A stretch of DNA of 55,988 nucleotides from a virus. Taxonomy: Duplodnaviria; Caudoviricetes. Position numbers and translations under genes: made by a program. Below, piece after piece: positions 53,880-55,988 of this stretch (positions are counted from its first letter, which is position 1; every line of letters starts with the position of its first letter). The notes under the pieces were generated by a model. That model was not told where the DNA came from, did not search any database, and saw only the letters and a list, made by a program, of their open reading frames with translations. Location of the stretch: positions 1-55,988 of IMG/VR virus record IMGVR_UViG_3300025141_000115. One strand, given 5' to 3'.

Positions 53880-55988
53880 CTATCTTCCAGCTATAATTCT
53901 ACCATCTGTATCAATGATGGGTGTTCCTATTGCCATGTATATATATGTATAAGACGAATTAGAATCACTACTTACTCTTTGTTTTATCCCTCCTGTTACT
54001 ATATCCATAGTAGCACTGCTATATTCAGCATTAGTTAGATCGGGATGTAGTTCTTTAGTTACTACATTATATGGATTTCGTGCAGTATCTCTAAGAAACC
54101 AACTTTGAGTATGGTCCACACTTTTTATTAAAGTCCATACAGGTTGAATAGGGACACCAAGACTATTAAGTGTTGGAATAAATGTTCCGTCTGCATTTCC
54201 ATTGCCTTCATATGACCCTATGCTAATAAATTGAGAGTCTGCAAAAGCATAAACAATAGCATCTTTACTTGCAGCAGCAGTACTTCCAGCACTTAAACCT
54301 AATACTGTACTTGTTGGTAAAGATGCTCCAAATACATTTGATCCACTATTAACCTGTGCAGCATTAGTAAATAAAATATAGTCGGTGGTATCTGACATTG
54401 TAGCTCTAGCATGAATTACCCAGTTATCAGTAGCTTCTAAACCTTTAACTATAATAAACTTTGGTATTGCACCTAATCCATGACCAATAGTAAAATCACC
54501 ACTTGCAGGAACAGGAACTAAACTTACACTTAAACCTAATGTAGTATCTACAAGTGTTCTGGTAGTGTTTACAGTTCCAGCTTCATTAGATGATCCGCTA
54601 CCAGTAGCCTCTGCCATAAAATTCCAGAGAACATAGGATTCGGCACTTGTGTTGACTTGAACATCATCGCCAATTTGAACACCAGCAGATAGAAATTGTT
54701 GAACTGTCTCTACGTTTGTAACTTCAATATCGGTAGTGTTAGAGTGTATATCTTTAGTCACACCACGCACACGATCAAACAGCATATGGTTGTCTGTGGC
54801 ATCTCTGTTCTTGATCCAGCTAAATGCTGAGATGAATTGCTCTGTATCTGTCATATTGTCTTGTGATAAAGCTGAATAACCAGTGGGTGCTGAATAACTC
54901 CACAAAGATGAATCAAATTGCATATCAGTTGTAAATGAATCGTACTGATTAATATAAGGATAAAGAATTGGTTCATGTGCAATAGTAAAAGCAGACCCTG
55001 CTCCAGTTGTAGCAGTAGGATCAGAACTCATTAGCCATGTGTTGTTCTTGGCAAAATAGATATACCCATTATCCATATCCACGGCTACACCAATTTTATC
55101 TCCATTAGTAAAAGTCGTTGTTGTCCAATCTGCATTTTTGTATGTAGTTGCGCCATAAATTGATCCGTAACTTGAATAACCATAGGCATTATTATTTGTC
55201 GAAGAACTATTAGCTGTGCTTGTGTTAGGATTTGTGACACCATAAATAATACCATCACTAGCACTAGATGTAATGTGACATTCCCAGTACCATTTCCCCG
55301 ACCTCATAGGAATGGTTCCAAATACTACTCTCCAAGCCGCTGACTTATCATCAAGCGTCCTATTACCATTAGATAAACTTATACCCGACCCTGCTCTATT
55401 TGGGTCTAGTGTTGCCCAATTGACAGTCGGTGTATCAGATACTTGAGCCACACTATTAATATTTGTAAAGTCATTGGTATTTCCAGATTCATCGTCACCT
55501 ACGTTCCCACTATCTGCATAATCTAGGAAGAATCCTGCGCTACCAAAAGTAAGACCAGATATATCTTTCGGTATCCATCTATTTGTGCTGGTATCTGTTT
55601 GACCAAAACTACTAGGAGTTAGCTGACTTCCAGTAATATAGGCAGTTTGGGCTAAGTAGCCATTCCACTCATAACTACTACCATCATTATGTATACCAAC
55701 ATAATGTGCTGTACTATCTACTCCCCATGCAAGACTAGCACTTGAGCTTGGATAGTTTGCAGTTCCAAAAGATGTTTCTTGAACACCATTGATGTACACT
55801 TTTATTCTATCTGCTGTTGTACCTTGAGTTGTATCTACTGCTACTAATAGATGATACCACTGACTAGTATCTTCAAAAGTTCTAGTTGTAATAAGGTCAT
55901 TCCAGATACTGACTACTAGCTGGTTGGACGTATTCAGCTTAACAACAAACCATGTTGACTCACTGTTAGATGAACCATTTTTTGTACT
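53880..55988 (-). CDS. Tail fibre / receptor-binding protein, LamG + SPRY-like domains (5' end beyond window)
   Basis: Frame stays open upstream of 55799 (SQWYHLLVAVDTTQGTTADRIKVYING); SGKWYWE, IGVAVDMDNG, HGLGAIP, SYEGNG. Confidence 0.85.
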   Translation of the reverse strand, partial: STKNGSSNSESTWFVVKLNTSNQLVVSIWNDLITTRTFEDTSQWYHLLVAVDTTQGTTADRIKVYINGVQETSFGTANYPSSSASLAWGVDSTAHYVGIHNDGSSYEWNGYLAQTAYITGSQLTPSSFGQTDTSTNRWIPKDISGLTFGSAGFFLDYADSGNVGDDESGNTNDFTNINSVAQVSDTPTVNWATLDPNRAGSGISLSNGNRTLDDKSAAWRVVFGTIPMRSGKWYWECHITSSASDGIIYGVTNPNTSTANSSSTNNNAYGYSSYGSIYGATTYKNADWTTTTFTNGDKIGVAVDMDNGYIYFAKNNTWLMSSDPTATTGAGSAFTIAHEPILYPYINQYDSFTTDMQFDSSLWSYSAPTGYSALSQDNMTDTEQFISAFSWIKNRDATDNHMLFDRVRGVTKDIHSNTTDIEVTNVETVQQFLSAGVQIGDDVQVNTSAESYVLWNFMAEATGSGSSNEAGTVNTTRTLVDTTLGLSVSLVPVPASGDFTIGHGLGAIPKFIIVKGLEATDNWVIHARATMSDTTDYILFTNAAQVNSGSNVFGASLPTSTVLGLSAGSTAAASKDAIVYAFADSQFISIGSYEGNGNADGTFIPTLNSLGVPIQPVWTLIKSVDHTQSWFLRDTARNPYNVVTKELHPDLTNAEYSSATMDIVTGGIKQRVSSDSNSSYTYIYMAIGTPIIDTDGRIIAGR

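Noticed and set aside
53880-55988. Diversity-generating retroelement target
   Set aside because: No reverse transcriptase and no TR/VR pair seen
1-55988. tRNA, integrase, phage RNA polymerase; most short antisense ORFs in the track
   Set aside because: No cloverleaf/T-loop or catalytic motifs recognised by eye; antisense ORFs shadow well-supported genes

Overview
Near-complete (~56 kb, apparently circularly permuted, cut inside tail-fibre genes at both ends) genome of a tailed dsDNA phage with a podovirus-like virion module, most likely marine and infecting an alphaproteobacterium (inference from GTA-type holin, SleB hydrolase, standalone TSCPD domain). Minus strand 1-15.9 kb and 39.5-56 kb: terminase large subunit, P22-like portal, GroES, scaffold, Mu gpT-like major capsid protein, adaptor/nozzle, four putative ejection proteins, tail fibres, M15 endolysin. 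16-30 kb: accessory/early region of short gene cassettes with sigma70-like promoters, terminase small subunit, resolvase, two C5-methyltransferases, a TGT/DpdA-like enzyme plus a YhhQ/VUT-like transporter. 30-39 kb: SNF2 helicase, SSB, AEP primase, UvrD helicase, family A polymerase (Leu762 type). No integrase, Cas, RT or tRNA seen. Most notable: (1) a translationally coupled array of mini-genes sharing a 54-bp constant 3' tag, one of which carries a 13/14-aa copy of a segment of an ejection protein 35 kb away, within a genome-wide xxGG motif set; (2) four strand-polarised (CCCGA)n/palindrome elements between terS and terL; (3) an orphan parS site; (4) a nested out-of-frame second subunit in a C5-MTase; (5) a salvage-only 7-deazaguanine module. 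All family assignments are from motif recognition by eye, not database searches.
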